Origin: an uncultured Staphylococcus sp.
GTDB taxonomy: Bacteria; Bacillota_I; Bacilli_A; RFN20; CAG-826
Reading direction: 5' to 3'
Assembly: GCA_964579925.1 (NCBI GenBank)
Contig: CAZOHK010000002.1
Coordinates: 1 to 46,240 of the forward strand
DNA length: 46,240 bases
Positions 16,676-26,000 of this stretch are shown piece after piece. The position numbers and the translations under genes are program-made. The notes under the pieces were generated by a model. It was not told where the DNA came from, did not search any database, and was given only the letters and a program-made list of their open reading frames with translations. Position 1 is the first letter of the stretch. Each line of letters begins with the position of its first letter.

Positions 16676-17926
16676 ATGAGTGAACTAAAGAAGGATAGCG
16701 CTTTACCTGCGGTCAAGAGTACCGAAATCAAAGACGCAATGGCCGATGTCGTACGTTCTACTACCGAACCGATTATCTCGATGAAAAAGCTTGCTGCAGC
16801 AGGTGTCCAATATGGTCATCAAATGCGCAAATGGAATCCAAAAATGGCGAAGTTTATTTACACTTCCGACCGTGGGATTTACATCGTTGACTTAAAAAAG
16901 ACCGTTACCAAAATTGAAGAAGCTTATAATAAATTAAAAGAAATTATCACGAATAAAGGCACGGTTTTGTTTGTTGGAACCAAGAAACAAATCCAAGCAG
17001 TCATCAAAGAAGAAGCATTACGCTCCGGGTCTTTTTACATTAATACCCGTTGGTTAGGTGGAACCTTGACCAATTTCCGCACGATTCTTGGAAGAATCCG
17101 TTACTTAAAGGATTTAGAACAACAAGAAGCCAGTGGCACACTTGATCTTTTACCAAAGAAAGAGGCCGGTGGTCTCCGCAAGATGAAAGATAAATTACTT
17201 AAAAATCTTGAAGGTATTAAAGAAATTCGGGGTTTACCAAAAGCAGTTTTTGTGGTCGATCCAACCGTTGATCATAACGCGGTTGCAGAAGCACGCAAAC
17301 TCAATATTCCAGTCTTCGCCATCACCGACACAAATTGTGATCCAGATTTAGTGGATTACCCAATTCCCGGAAATGATGATGCGATTGGTTCCGTTCGTTT
17401 AATCGTTCAAACGATTGCCGATGCGATCGTGGAAGCCAAAGGTGGCGTCACCGTTGTCGCCTATACAAAAGATGATGAATTTATTGCTAAAATCGCAGCC
17501 TTAAAAGAAGCAACCAAACCACAAGATCGTAGTTATGGCCCACGCCAAGACTATCACCGTAGTAGTTCATCCTCCTCTTATAATTCAACGTCGAGCACTG
17601 TTCCAACAGCGACGCCATCAGCAACGGTGACTGCAACAACCACAATGACACCAGCTGCCCCGGTTACAAAACCTGTTGTAGCACCAGTTGCTGCACCAAA
17701 ACCAGTGGTAGCACCAGTTGCTCCAACCAAACCAGTGGCAGCACCAGTTACTACTGCAAAACCTGCCGCAACACCAGTTACTGCCGCAAAACCTGCCGCA
17801 ACACCAGTGCCTGCAACAAAATCTGCACCTGTAACCACGCCTGTTGCTGCAGTTAAGGTAGAAGAAAACACTGACAAAAAACCACGTGCTGCTCGTAAAC
17901 CAAAAATTGAAGCGAAGGAAGAATAA
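16676..17926 (+). CDS. rpsB: 30S ribosomal protein S2 with N- and C-terminal extensions (416 aa)
   Basis: The S2 core runs from ISMKKLAAAGVQYGHQMRKWNPKM to about VEAKGG. A strong AGGAGG SD sits before ATG 16676. The tail is Ser-rich and then Pro/Val/Ala/Thr/Lys-rich. Confidence 0.9.
   Translation: MSELKKDSALPAVKSTEIKDAMADVVRSTTEPIISMKKLAAAGVQYGHQMRKWNPKMAKFIYTSDRGIYIVDLKKTVTKIEEAYNKLKEIITNKGTVLFVGTKKQIQAVIKEEALRSGSFYINTRWLGGTLTNFRTILGRIRYLKDLEQQEASGTLDLLPKKEAGGLRKMKDKLLKNLEGIKEIRGLPKAVFVVDPTVDHNAVAEARKLNIPVFAITDTNCDPDLVDYPIPGNDDAIGSVRLIVQTIADAIVEAKGGVTVVAYTKDDEFIAKIAALKEATKPQDRSYGPRQDYHRSSSSSSYNSTSSTVPTATPSATVTATTTMTPAAPVTKPVVAPVAAPKPVVAPVAPTKPVAAPVTTAKPAATPVTAAKPAATPVPATKSAPVTTPVAAVKVEENTDKKPRAARKPKIEAKEE
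17669..17818 (+). repeat. Five tandem 30-nt (10-codon) repeats inside the rpsB 3' extension
   Basis: The units encode KPVVAPVAAP, KPVVAPVAPT, KPVAAPVTTA, KPAATPVTAA and KPAATPVPAT. Units 4 and 5 are nearly identical at the DNA level. Confidence 0.85.
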
Positions 17927-17929
17927 ATC

Positions 17930-18808
17930 ATGGCCGATTTGATTGCTCTCATTAAAGAATTAAGAGAACGTACTGGCGCTGGTATGATGGATTGCAAGAA
18001 AGCATTACTTGAATCCAACATGGATATTACCAAAGCCCAATCTTGGCTCCACGAAAAAGGCGTTTTAAAAGCTGCCAAAAAAGCTGATCGGATTGCTGCA
18101 GAAGGCCTTTCCCTTGTTTTCATCAAGGCAGATTTAGGAATCCTTATTGAAGTAAACTGTGAAACAGACTTTGTCTCACGAGGTGATGCTTTCCGTAAAT
18201 TAGTTCAGGATGCGGCGATGATGATTTTACAAAAGCAACCTAAAACCCTTGAGGATGCAACGACCTTAACCAAAAATTTATTTACTGAAAGTTTAGTTAA
18301 AATTGGTGAAAAATTAACCTTAAGAAGATTTACATTACTTCGCAAAACTGCGACGCAACGTTTTGGTCAATACATTCATATGAATGGTGTTGTCTCCAGT
18401 TTGGTCCTTGTTGAAGGTGGCGACCAAGGTTTTGCTGACCAATTGGCGATGCATGTGACTGACCGTAACCCAACCTATCCAAGCTTAGCCTCAGTTCCAG
18501 CAACTTTGATAAAAGATGAAACGACCAGACAAAAAACTGCCGTAAAAGAAGATCCAAAATACGCGAATAAACCTGAAGCAATTCTTACCAAAATTATTGA
18601 AGGTAAAGTCAACACCATGTTTAAAGAATCCTCTTTAGATATGCAACCATTTATGTTTTCCGAATCTGAAGAACCCACCAAAGTTTATTTAGAAAAGCAT
18701 AAAACAAAAGTCATTCAATTCGCCCGATATAAAGTTGGCGAAGGTATTGAAAAGAAGGTTGCAGATTTCGCGAGCGAAGTCATGTCTCAAGTCAAAAACA
18801 CTCATTAA
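17930..18808 (+). CDS. tsf: Elongation factor Ts
   Basis: UBA-like N-terminus LIKELRERTGAGMMDCKKAL, and EVNCETDFV. Confidence 0.95.
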   Translation: MADLIALIKELRERTGAGMMDCKKALLESNMDITKAQSWLHEKGVLKAAKKADRIAAEGLSLVFIKADLGILIEVNCETDFVSRGDAFRKLVQDAAMMILQKQPKTLEDATTLTKNLFTESLVKIGEKLTLRRFTLLRKTATQRFGQYIHMNGVVSSLVLVEGGDQGFADQLAMHVTDRNPTYPSLASVPATLIKDETTRQKTAVKEDPKYANKPEAILTKIIEGKVNTMFKESSLDMQPFMFSESEEPTKVYLEKHKTKVIQFARYKVGEGIEKKVADFASEVMSQVKNTH

Positions 18809-18820
18809 GGGTGTTTTTTT
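18794..18820 (+). terminator. Weak A/T-rich hairpin plus T-run at the tsf 3' end (possible attenuator)
   Basis: AAAAACAC-N9-GTGTTTTT followed by further T residues. It spans the tsf stop codon. Confidence 0.35.
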
Positions 18821-18845
18821 CTCATTAACATTAAAGGGAGGGAAT

Positions 18846-19562
18846 ATGAAACGAATCGTGATCAAACTTTCCGGGGAAGCCTTAGCGGATACCCAAGAAA
18901 AAACAATTTTAGAAGCGCTTCATTTATCATCCGTTGCGAAAGCAATCAAGACCATTCATGGTCAAGGCCTTGAAGTGGCCGTGGTGATTGGTGCTGGTAA
19001 TATTTGGCGAGGAAAACTTGCAAAATCAATTGGGATTGAATCTTCAACCGCGGATTACATGGGTATGCTTGGCACGATTATCAATTCATTAGCATTACAA
19101 AGTGCCCTTGAAAATGAAGGTGTCCAATGCCGCGTTTTGTCATCTATCCACGTCGAACAAGTTGCTGAAAACTATATTCGTCGGCGGGCGATTCGCCATC
19201 TTGAAAAAGGTCGCGTGGTGATTTTTGCAGGCGGAACGGGTAGTCCTTATTTCTCAACTGATACCACGGCATCTTTACGCGCGATGGAAATTCATGCAGA
19301 CACCATCTTTATGGCAAAAAATGGTGTTGCTGGTGTCTTTGATAGCGATCCAAAGACGAACAAAAATGCAAAGTTAATTAAAAACCTAACCTTTGATGAA
19401 ATGCTCAATAAAAAATTTGCGGTCATGGATTTAACCGCGGTATCTCTCATCAAAGATTCCCCAATTGTCATTCGTGTTTTTGACATGAAAGACACCAAAA
19501 ATTTGGTGCAAGTCATCAAAGATGAATCAATTGGAACCACCATTCGTAAAGGAGTTTTATAA
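18846..19562 (+). CDS. pyrH: UMP kinase
   Basis: MKRIVIKLSGEAL start after an AAGGGAGGG SD; also GAGNIWRG and GGTGSPYFSTDT. The track ORF's 5' extension overlaps tsf. Confidence 0.95.
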   Translation: MKRIVIKLSGEALADTQEKTILEALHLSSVAKAIKTIHGQGLEVAVVIGAGNIWRGKLAKSIGIESSTADYMGMLGTIINSLALQSALENEGVQCRVLSSIHVEQVAENYIRRRAIRHLEKGRVVIFAGGTGSPYFSTDTTASLRAMEIHADTIFMAKNGVAGVFDSDPKTNKNAKLIKNLTFDEMLNKKFAVMDLTAVSLIKDSPIVIRVFDMKDTKNLVQVIKDESIGTTIRKGVL

Positions 19563-20105
19563 ATGGAAGCGATTGCAATCGAAGCGAAAGTGGCAATGGA
19601 AAAAACAATTGCCTCGCTACAAATTCAATTTAATACCTTGCGAACTGGTCGGGCTAATGCTTCTTTACTTGATCGCGTGGTCGTGGATTATTATGGAGAA
19701 CCTACTCCCATTAACCAACTTGCAAGCATTGCAGTTCCTGAACCCCGGCAATTGTTAATCAAACCATACGATAAAGGTGATATTAAGGCCATCTTGGAAG
19801 CAATTAACAAAGCGGAACTTGGGATTAATCCGGTTGCAGAAGCAGATGCGGTTAGATTATCGTTACCAGCATTGACGCAAGATCGCCGAAAAGAATTAGC
19901 AAAACAAGCAAAAAAAATTGCGGATGAAGCCAAAATTGCCATTCGTAATATTCGTAAAGATTTTTTAGCCATGGTAACCGATGATGAGTATACGGAAGAC
20001 TTAAAAAAGCGAATCGAAACCGACATGACAAAAGTGCACGACGCGGTGATCGCTCAAATTGATGCTCAATTTATTGCAAAAGAAAAAGAAATCTTAACTT
20101 TATAG
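19563..20105 (+). CDS. frr: Ribosome recycling factor
   Basis: RTGRANASLLD, IKPYDK and LTQDRRKELAKQAKK. Confidence 0.95.
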   Translation: MEAIAIEAKVAMEKTIASLQIQFNTLRTGRANASLLDRVVVDYYGEPTPINQLASIAVPEPRQLLIKPYDKGDIKAILEAINKAELGINPVAEADAVRLSLPALTQDRRKELAKQAKKIADEAKIAIRNIRKDFLAMVTDDEYTEDLKKRIETDMTKVHDAVIAQIDAQFIAKEKEILTL

Positions 20106-20148
20106 AAACAATACAAGTGCTTCTGGGGGGAAGTTGTATAATTGAATT

Positions 20149-20874
20149 ATGGCAAAAAAAAGTTTATTGTCGATGACATCTTCCATTCAACATCTTGCCA
20201 TCATCATGGACGGTAACGGACGTTGGGCTAAAGCAAAAGACAAGCCACGTTTTCGCGGTCATCAAGAAGGTGCAAAACGGGTCTATGAAATTGCCAATGC
20301 TGTGAAAGCATTGAATATTCCTTATCTTTCCTTGTTTGCTTTTTCTACAGAAAATTGGCAAAGACCTGCGACGGAAGTGAATGGTTTATTTCGCTTACTC
20401 AATGAATTTTTAAAAAAATATATTAAGACCCTTCATCAAGATCAAGTCAGACTATTGATTTCAGGACGGCTGGAAGGGTTACCTTTACCTACCATTACCT
20501 TACTTCAAGAATCCATGGAAGCAACCAAAAACTATTCACGTTATACGTTAAATATTTGTGTTAATTATGGCGGACAGGACGAAATTGTCCGAGCGAGTAA
20601 AAAAGCAATGAAAGCCATTCAAACTGGAGCGTTAAAAGAAGAGGATCTCACTGCCAAAACCTTCACACAATTCTTAGATTCCGCAATTTTACCACCGATT
20701 GATTGCCTGGTTCGCACAAGCGGTGAACAACGATTATCGAATTTTATGTTGTATCAAATGGCGTATGCGGAATTAGTCTTCGTTCAAAAAACTTGGCCAG
20801 ATTTTAAAGAATCTGATTTAATGAATGTGATCAAGGAATATCACGATAGGCAAAGAAGGTTTGGCAAAGTATGA
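20149..20874 (+). CDS. uppS: Isoprenyl transferase (undecaprenyl diphosphate synthase)
   Basis: HLAIIMDGNGRWA, FAFSTENWQRP and RTSGEQRLSNF. Confidence 0.9.
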   Translation: MAKKSLLSMTSSIQHLAIIMDGNGRWAKAKDKPRFRGHQEGAKRVYEIANAVKALNIPYLSLFAFSTENWQRPATEVNGLFRLLNEFLKKYIKTLHQDQVRLLISGRLEGLPLPTITLLQESMEATKNYSRYTLNICVNYGGQDEIVRASKKAMKAIQTGALKEEDLTAKTFTQFLDSAILPPIDCLVRTSGEQRLSNFMLYQMAYAELVFVQKTWPDFKESDLMNVIKEYHDRQRRFGKV

Positions 20875-21842
20875 ACCCGATTCAACCAGAATTTCAAAAA
20901 CGTTTTTCTAACCGTGTGATTGTTGCCCTTGTCCTTGCAGCATTAGCATTTCCTTCCATCATTCTTGGGGATTGGTTTATTATTTTATTCGCATTAGTTG
21001 GCTTATTATTTGCCACCCATGAAATCTTAAGCGTTAAACCCGGACAAGTTTATCCGCTCGCGATTCGTATCTTTGTTTATCTGATGATGGTCGCCATGAT
21101 CTTTTATATCTTTATTTATAACAATGTGGCTGCTCCATTAATCCGCTTTGATTTTTCATTATGGTCATTTGCGACGGGTTTAAATAAATTAGAATTGCCA
21201 ACCGCCATCTTAACAATCCTTGTTGCCACGTTATTTTTCTCATCGATCACGGATGTTCGTTTTAAGGTTCAGGATGCAACCTATTTAATCACGATGTCTG
21301 TGTTGTTATCCCTTAGTTTTCAAGCATTTTTATTTCTAAGATTTTTCCCAGAGTTTATTTTTGATGAACCGCGAGATTTTGGCGCAAATTCACTCCTATT
21401 ACTATATGCAGGGGTTGGGACTTTCTTTACGGATATTGGAGCCTATCTCGTTGGGACATTTTTTGGAAGAAGTAAAATGAACGTACGCGTTTCTAAAAAC
21501 AAAACTTGGGAAGGTTTCTTTGGTGGGGTATTCATTTCATTCTTAGGGTCATTCCTGTTTGCCATGATTGCCGATGGTTTAGGGTCACCATTATTACCAT
21601 TTTTAACGATGCAAGAATGGTATTGGATTTTACTGTTATCCTTGATCATGCCATTGATTGCAACCTTAGGCGACTTTACCTTCTCCATTATCAAACGCGA
21701 ATTTGGCATTAAAAACTTCTCAAATGTCTTAGGTGAACATGGTGGCATTCTCGATCGGGTTGACTCATTTTCAATGGTCGTCCTTGTGGTTGCCTTATTG
21801 ATAACCTTGATTTATGACTTTTTCTACTTCATCCCCATTTAA
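20871..21842 (+). CDS. cdsA: Phosphatidate cytidylyltransferase
   Basis: CTP-transferase signature SKNKTWEGFFGG ... GDFTFSIIKREFGIKNFSNVLGEHGGILDRVDS. The N-terminal membrane region is longer than usual. Confidence 0.85.
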   Translation: MNPIQPEFQKRFSNRVIVALVLAALAFPSIILGDWFIILFALVGLLFATHEILSVKPGQVYPLAIRIFVYLMMVAMIFYIFIYNNVAAPLIRFDFSLWSFATGLNKLELPTAILTILVATLFFSSITDVRFKVQDATYLITMSVLLSLSFQAFLFLRFFPEFIFDEPRDFGANSLLLLYAGVGTFFTDIGAYLVGTFFGRSKMNVRVSKNKTWEGFFGGVFISFLGSFLFAMIADGLGSPLLPFLTMQEWYWILLLSLIMPLIATLGDFTFSIIKREFGIKNFSNVLGEHGGILDRVDSFSMVVLVVALLITLIYDFFYFIPI

Positions 21843-21909
21843 TCAACCCATCCTTGTGCTGAATTTGTTAAAATAAATAGAGTCTTTTTTATCATCTCGG
21901 AGGTGACCC

Positions 21910-23091
21910 ATGCAAACCTTACTTTCCACCCTTTTATTTCTGCTTTCCTTGGGTGTCCTTATTCTCATCCATGAATTAGGTCATTTTGTCATGGCAAAAG
22001 CATTCAATGTTTATGTTCGAGAATTTTCAATTGGATTTGGCCCGGTGATTTTCTCATGGAAAAAAGGTGAAACCACCTATGCCCTCAAGGCTTTTCCGTT
22101 GGGTGGATACGTCGCCATGTTTGGCGAAGAAGTCAATGCAGATGATCTTAAAGTGCCGATGAATCGTAGTTTACTTGGCATTTCCAAACCAAAGCGTGCC
22201 TTGGTTATGTCAGCTGGTATCATATTAAATTTAGCATTAGCATACTTACTATTTTTTGCATCCAACTGGGGATTTACTCAACGGACGCTCACCAATCAAA
22301 TGGTCATCACCGATACGTCAGTTTCCGATGTAGCTGGCATTGATTCGGGTGATGTTTTGGTCTTTACCCCCTTACGCGAGGGAACCATTTCGGTCACCAC
22401 GGATGAAGGCGTGGATACGTATCAATTGTTCATCAATGATTTTCAAACCTATGACGACACTTTATCAGACCTTTTACGCGTTGGAAACATCGTCGATGGA
22501 AGCTTTGTTCCTTATCCAATCGACTCGATTTCCGATTTTGTTGAATTTGCCTTACCAGTGAGAACCTATACAACCTCGACGGATTACACAGAACGTCTGG
22601 TGACGATTCGCCTAGAAGCCGAACCAACCACGGATGGATTTCGTTTAGAACCTTTAGGGATTTCCTTTTATGTGGTCTTAACCGATTACACGTTTGTTGA
22701 AGCGGTAGAAGCATCAGGCCGGGATTGGTGGAATGGGGTAACCCTCATCGTCGATACGGTCATCAATTTATTCCGTGGACAAAACCTTGACCAAGTTGGT
22801 GGTATTGTTGCAATTTTTTCAACGACATCTTCGATTTTAACGAACCTCGGCATCGGTTCCTATATTTTTATCTGGGCCTTAATATCGGTTAATCTAGCCG
22901 TTTTTAACTTACTTCCATTTCCGGGTTTAGATGGTTGGCATTTGTTGGTCATTACGGTTGAAGGCATAATGAAAAAAGAAATTCCTGCCCGATTTAAAAA
23001 TGCAGTGTCGATGGTTGGTTTTTTCATCCTGATGAGTTTAATGGTGTTTTTATTAATTCGTGATATTTTGGCATTAATCTTGGTGGTATAA
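21910..23091 (+). CDS. rseP: RIP (site-2) zinc metalloprotease RseP/RasP family
   Basis: HELGHF zinc motif in TM1, a PDZ-like GIDSGDVLV segment, and NLLPFPGLDGWH in the C-terminal TM region. Confidence 0.85.
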   Translation: MQTLLSTLLFLLSLGVLILIHELGHFVMAKAFNVYVREFSIGFGPVIFSWKKGETTYALKAFPLGGYVAMFGEEVNADDLKVPMNRSLLGISKPKRALVMSAGIILNLALAYLLFFASNWGFTQRTLTNQMVITDTSVSDVAGIDSGDVLVFTPLREGTISVTTDEGVDTYQLFINDFQTYDDTLSDLLRVGNIVDGSFVPYPIDSISDFVEFALPVRTYTTSTDYTERLVTIRLEAEPTTDGFRLEPLGISFYVVLTDYTFVEAVEASGRDWWNGVTLIVDTVINLFRGQNLDQVGGIVAIFSTTSSILTNLGIGSYIFIWALISVNLAVFNLLPFPGLDGWHLLVITVEGIMKKEIPARFKNAVSMVGFFILMSLMVFLLIRDILALILVV

Positions 23092-23092
23092 C

Positions 23093-26000
23093 GTGCAAGA
23101 AAAAATGGTCCGCTTTTTACAAACCCTCGGCATCGATGATGCTGAGATGTTTGATTTACAATTTGAAGCGGTAACCAAACACCCTTTTAATCCTCAACAA
23201 TGGGATATGGTCATCACCAAGGATCGTCCTTGGACATTTTCTCAACTTGAACCATTTTTAAAGGGAATCGCCTTACTGAATTACCCAACCTCCTTCACGT
23301 TTACGTATCGCGAAGCACCTACTTTAGAAAACATACTTAACCTATTTTTAGAGTGGCACCTCCATCATTACCGAGAACCATTTGGTCGCTTGCCGATCGT
23401 GAATGGGCAAACCATACGTTTAACTTATCCAGATCAAGAAGCTTTTGAACAAGATAAACCTAAATGGACGGCATTTAATGACATCCTTTTATTTATTCAA
23501 TATCCATTGGTCTTTAAACACATCATCACGAAAGCAAAACCAAAAATCGATCAAGAAAAAGTAGACCACCTGCAAGAACAAGTCAAAGCGGTGATTGAAT
23601 CGCGCCAAGACCAAGAAGATCAAGATATTTTTGTTCGGGAACATTTACAGCGGATTAAAGAAGCTGAAACCCAACTTGCTTTAAGTTATGAGCAAGGCGT
23701 TAAACAACAAGTCAATGTTGAAGCAAAGAAGAAATTAAGGCAAAAAGGTGACTACGTTCCAACTGCTTTAAAAGATATCAAACTGAATAGTGGCCATGTT
23801 GAAATCGTAGGCACGATTTATAACATGTTTCGCAGAGAATTTAATGGTAATCTTGTCATTCGCTTTGTCTTAGCAGAAGGTGATCACGCCATTCTTGCAT
23901 CGATCAGTGATCGTGATGCTGATATCGATGAACAACTTGCACAATCCTTAAACGATGGTGACCGCGTGCGGTTACGTGGTGGAATTGCCCTTGACCAAAT
24001 CAATCAAGAACCACGGTTGTTTGCAAAGGAATGTGTCAAACTTCCGCCATTACCTTTACGAGAAGATCTGCATACGCGAAAGCGGGTTGAACTTCACCTC
24101 CACACGAAAATGTCGACCATGGATGGCGTTGGTGATATTGATGCTTATTGTGCCTTAGCAAAACACATGGGACATACCGCGCTTGCCATTACCGATCATG
24201 GTGTTGTTCAAGGTTTTCCAGAAGCGCAAGCAGCTGCAAAAAAACACGGCATTAAAATGATCTATGGCGCTGAGCTATACATGATTGATGAAACGATTGC
24301 CCACATCATGAATCCTGCAAATGTGTCATTAAAGGAAACGGATTATGTTGTCTTTGATTTAGAAACCACTGGGTTATCTTCGCGATATGATCGCATCATC
24401 GAAATCGGAGCAATCCGAATGAAGAAGGGTGAAGTGGTCGATCGGTTATCGTTATTAATTCATCCCAAGGATGTCGAGATTAGTGCCACTGCAAGTGAAG
24501 TCAGTGGGATTACGATGGCGATGTTAAAAGGTCAACCAACCTTCGAGGACGTCAAAAACAAGATTCAATCGTTCTTTGCGAACGCGATCGTGGTTTCCCA
24601 TAATGCCCCATTTGATATGGGTTTTATGGTGGCAGCCTTTACCCGCTTAGGCGTGACGTTTCAACCACCGGTGATTGATACCTTAACGTTATCCCGTTAT
24701 TTATATCCAGAAGCAAATAGTCATCGATTAGGAGCATTAGCAAAACGATTAGATGTTCCGTTTGAAGAAGATAAAGCCCACCGTGCGATTTATGATGCAG
24801 AAGTATTGGTGTCGATTTGGGATGCATTAAGACAAAAAATCTCAACCGAACACCACATCTTGAAGCATCAAGATTTAAACCAACTCAATCAAGTCAATAC
24901 GCTTTCCAAGAACTTAAGAAATTATCATGTAACCGTCTTGGCAAGAAATCCAAAAGGTCTCAAAGCCTTATATGAACTCATTTCTTTAAGTCACCTAGAT
25001 TTTTTCGCCGATGTCCCAAGAACCCCTCGACATTTGATTTTGTCTCATCGGGAACATCTCTTGTTAGGTTCTGCTTGCATGAATGGGGAAGTTTTTGAAG
25101 TGGCAAAAACCGGCTCGCGAGAAGCGTTAGAAAAAGTGATGGGGATGTATGACTTTATCGAAATTCAGCCACTTGAGCAGTACGACTATCTTGTTCATAC
25201 CGGAACGTTACCGTCCTTATCGATGGTGAAAACGTTACTCAATGAAATCATCACGGTTGCGAAGTCATTAAATAAAAAAATCGTTGCCACGGGAGATTGT
25301 CACTACGTGAATCCGGATGACCATTTAATTCGCGATGTTTATATTTTTGCTAAGGGTTTAAAAGGTGTGAACCATCCGATGAATCCATATTTTCGAAAAG
25401 ACTTACCTAAATTTGAAAATCCTCGTCAACATTTTCGCTCCACAGATGAGATGTTAAAAGCGTTTGATTGGTTGCCTAAAGAAGATGCAGAACGCATGGT
25501 GATTGATGAACCGCTTGCCATCGCATCCATGATTCAATCCATGGAACCAATTCAAGCTGTCTTAAGAACACCAAAAATTGACGGAGCCGATCAGATGCTG
25601 AAAGATATTTGTTATGCCCAAGCCCATCGTCAATATGGAAAAACCTTACCAGCATTGATTCAGGAACGCTTGGATACGGAACTGAATGGGATTATCAAAT
25701 CCGGTTATTCGGTCATTTATTACATCACCAGTAAAATCATCGCCGAAGCGAATCAAAAAGGTTTTATCGTTGGTTCTCGAGGTTCGGTGGGTAGTTCGTT
25801 TGCGGCAACGATGGCAGGAATCACCGAAGTTAATCCATTACCTCCGCATTACTATTGCCCACAATGCCAACACGTTGAATTCACAAATAATCCCAACATA
25901 AAATCTGGATTTGATTTACCCGTTTCCTTATGTCCACAATGCGGTCATCTGCTCAAGGGAGATGGACAAAATATTCCGTTTGCAACATTCTTAGGTTTTA

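Noticed and set aside
17669-17818. Tandem 30-nt repeats considered as a CRISPR array or non-coding minisatellite
   Set aside because: There are no spacers. The repeats are contiguous, in frame and inside rpsB, so this is a coding low-complexity repeat.
17578-18126. 182-aa antisense ORF across the rpsB 3' end and the tsf 5' end
   Set aside because: It lies opposite the low-complexity Pro/Ala/Val/Thr repeat region of rpsB, which keeps the complementary frame open. It has no SD and no recognisable motifs, and both sense genes are conserved.
18735-18845. 5' extension of the pyrH ORF overlapping tsf; similar extensions occur at 10909-10947 (rbgA), 7434-7460 (trmD) and 39342-39458 (nqrE)
   Set aside because: The conserved protein N-termini begin at internal ATGs that have SDs or ATGA stop/start coupling. 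The extensions overlap upstream genes.
20106-20148. Possible terminator hairpin after frr
   Set aside because: The candidate arms (ACAAGTGCTTC and GGAAGTTGT) pair poorly, and no T-run follows.
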